Source: a virus. From it: a stretch of 41,557 nucleotides of DNA. The stretch lies in the IMG/VR virus record IMGVR_UViG_3300045988_063404; one strand, written 5' to 3'. The notes under the pieces were generated by a model. The model saw only the letters and a list, made by a program, of their open reading frames with translations, was not told where the DNA came from and ran no database searches. This document shows, one piece after another, positions 40,457 to 41,557 of the stretch. How positions within the stretch are numbered: the first letter of the stretch is position 1; each line of letters opens with the position of its first letter. A program made the translations under genes and the position numbers.

Positions 40457-40957
40457 ATGTTAACTAACAACAGTAATACCATTGGTACAGATTTTAAGGC
40501 TTTTAAGTTATCCGGGCATTTTTCGGCACATGCACAGGTGATGAAAAGAGAATGGAAGAGTGAGAATAAGACGGATAGGTATTGCGCATATTTTCTCAAG
40601 TCTTACAATACTATCGTAGCACGTATTACATTCAAAAATTGTTACTTCGGAAGTGCAAGCGTGTACGGCTTATATTCTACTAGCACACGTAAGCATATCA
40701 ATTGGTTTTTTACTCATTTTGATTTGAATATCCCGTTTGATGTTATAAAAGTTGCAGCTGGAAATGAGCATTCAAATATTATAAGCAAGGACGGCGCAAT
40801 ATTGCAAGTTGTAACAGATGATGATGAGGTTTTGTGGAATGAGATTTGGACGAAAAAAGCTAAAAATCAAGCGGTAAAAAAAGCGGTTGAAAACATGAAA
40901 ACAAATTGGACATGGAATTGTTTTGATTGGTCTGATTACCTGGGTAGAGAGTACTAA
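40457..40957 (+). CDS. Hypothetical early-type protein (166 aa)
   Basis: ATG lies 8 nt after AAAGGAG. It is bracketed by a host promoter and a terminator. It contains SYNTIVARI...YSTSTRKHINWF, which I cannot confidently assign to a family. Confidence 0.65.
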   Translation: MLTNNSNTIGTDFKAFKLSGHFSAHAQVMKREWKSENKTDRYCAYFLKSYNTIVARITFKNCYFGSASVYGLYSTSTRKHINWFFTHFDLNIPFDVIKVAAGNEHSNIISKDGAILQVVTDDDEVLWNEIWTKKAKNQAVKKAVENMKTNWTWNCFDWSDYLGREY

Positions 40958-40984
40958 TAAGTAAATAGTTGTTGTTGCCTAAAC

Positions 40985-41015
40985 AGGAGACTATGAATCA
41001 TAGTCTCTTGTTTTT
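40985..41015 (+). terminator. Rho-independent terminator
   Basis: AGGAGACTATG (40985-40995) pairs with CATAGTCTCTT (40999-41009, one G-U pair). The loop is 3 nt and it is followed by GTTTTT. Confidence 0.7.
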
Positions 41016-41395
41016 GCGTTAGCTGCTACCTAATTGGTGTTAATTACTACTTAAATTTGCGTTAGCTGCTACTTAAATTTGCGTTAGCTGCTACCTAAAT
41101 TGGTGTTAGCTGCTACCTAATTGGTGTTAATTACTACCTAAATTGGTGTTAGCTGCTACCTAATTGGTGTTAATTACTACTTAAATTTGCGTTAGCTGCT
41201 ACTTAAATTTGCGTTAGCTGCTACCTAAATTGGTGTTAGCTGCTACCTAATTGGTGTTAATTACTACCTAAATTGGTGTTAGCTGCTACCTAATTGGTGT
41301 TAATTACTACTTAAATTGGTGTTAGCTGCTACCTAAATTGGTGTTAGCTGCTACCTAAAATTGGTGTTAGATTTTACCTAAAATATGTGTTACCC
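41016..41395. repeat. Array of about 21-22-bp units (TTGGTGTTAGCTGCTACCTAAA / TTGGTGTTAATTACTACCTAAA / TTTGCGTTAGCTGCTACTTAAA) with a 130-bp higher-order period
   Basis: Direct reading: the stretch starting at 41041 (TAATTACTACTTAAATTTGCGTTAGCTGCTACTTAAATTTGCGTTAGCTG) recurs exactly at 41171. About 17 units in total. Confidence 0.9.
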
Positions 41396-41402
41396 AAGCT
41401 GC

Positions 41403-41557
41403 ATTCAAGTTATAATACTCAAGTTGCAATATTCAAGTTATAATATTCAAGTTGCAATATTCAAGTTATAATACTCAAGTTGCAATATTCAAGTTACAAG
41501 ACTCAAGTTACAAGACTCAAGTTACAAGACTCAAGTTACAAGACTCAAGTTACAAGA
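41403..41557. repeat. 14-bp tandem repeat, 11 units (ATTCAAGTTATAAT / ACTCAAGTTGCAAT grading into ACTCAAGTTACAAG)
   Basis: Direct reading. The last four units are identical to the units at 1-55. Confidence 0.9.

Noticed and set aside
41016-41557. CRISPR array
   Set aside because: The repeats are head-to-tail with no unique spacers between them. The units are 14 or 21-22 bp and no cas genes are present. The same applies to the arrays at 39008-39472.

Overview
The window looks like one complete, colinear T7-like (Autographiviridae-type) podovirus genome. It is visibly AT-rich (not computed) and every convincing gene is on the + strand. Gene order, left to right:
- Host sigma70-type promoter and two small early genes.
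- Single-subunit RNA polymerase (1170-3794).
- A promoter-rich and repeat-rich non-coding block (3795-4334).
- Nucleotide-metabolism genes: two DUF3310/gp1.7-like proteins, a ThyX-like protein and dUTPase.
- gp2.5-like SSB, endonuclease I, a truncated gp3.5-like protein, primase-helicase and class II ribonucleotide reductase.
- A family A DNA polymerase interrupted at motif B by a ~675 nt intron-like insert that carries an HNH endonuclease.
- gp5.7-like protein, gp6 exonuclease, GNAT-like protein, and gp6.7-like and gp7.3-like proteins.
- Portal, scaffold and major capsid, then a terminator and a tRNA-derived element.
- Tail tubular proteins A and B, and internal virion proteins gp13- to gp16-like.
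- A small membrane protein, the tail fibre and a second fibre-associated protein.
- A lysis cassette, then small and large terminase and one more gene.
- About 3.7 kb of highly repetitive DNA containing two further early-type cassettes with host promoters.

A phage promoter family built on TAATTGAGAC occurs at least five times.

Points most worth a second look:
- The tRNA-like element with an encoded CCA end but no anticodon arm.
- Two genes, including the tail fibre, whose only well-placed start codon is ATA.
- The DNA polymerase intron, which has a clear P1 pairing but no terminal G.
- A gp3.5 homologue lacking the amidase residues.
- Two exact GCTGGTGG (E. coli Chi) octamers in a non-coding GC-richer island.
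- Several distinct tandem and palindromic repeat arrays around the presumed genome ends.
- A family of TAG-rich elements in the non-coding regions.

No CRISPR array, rRNA, integrase or transposase was seen. All homology statements rest on my memory of T7 protein sequences and motifs, not on a database search.
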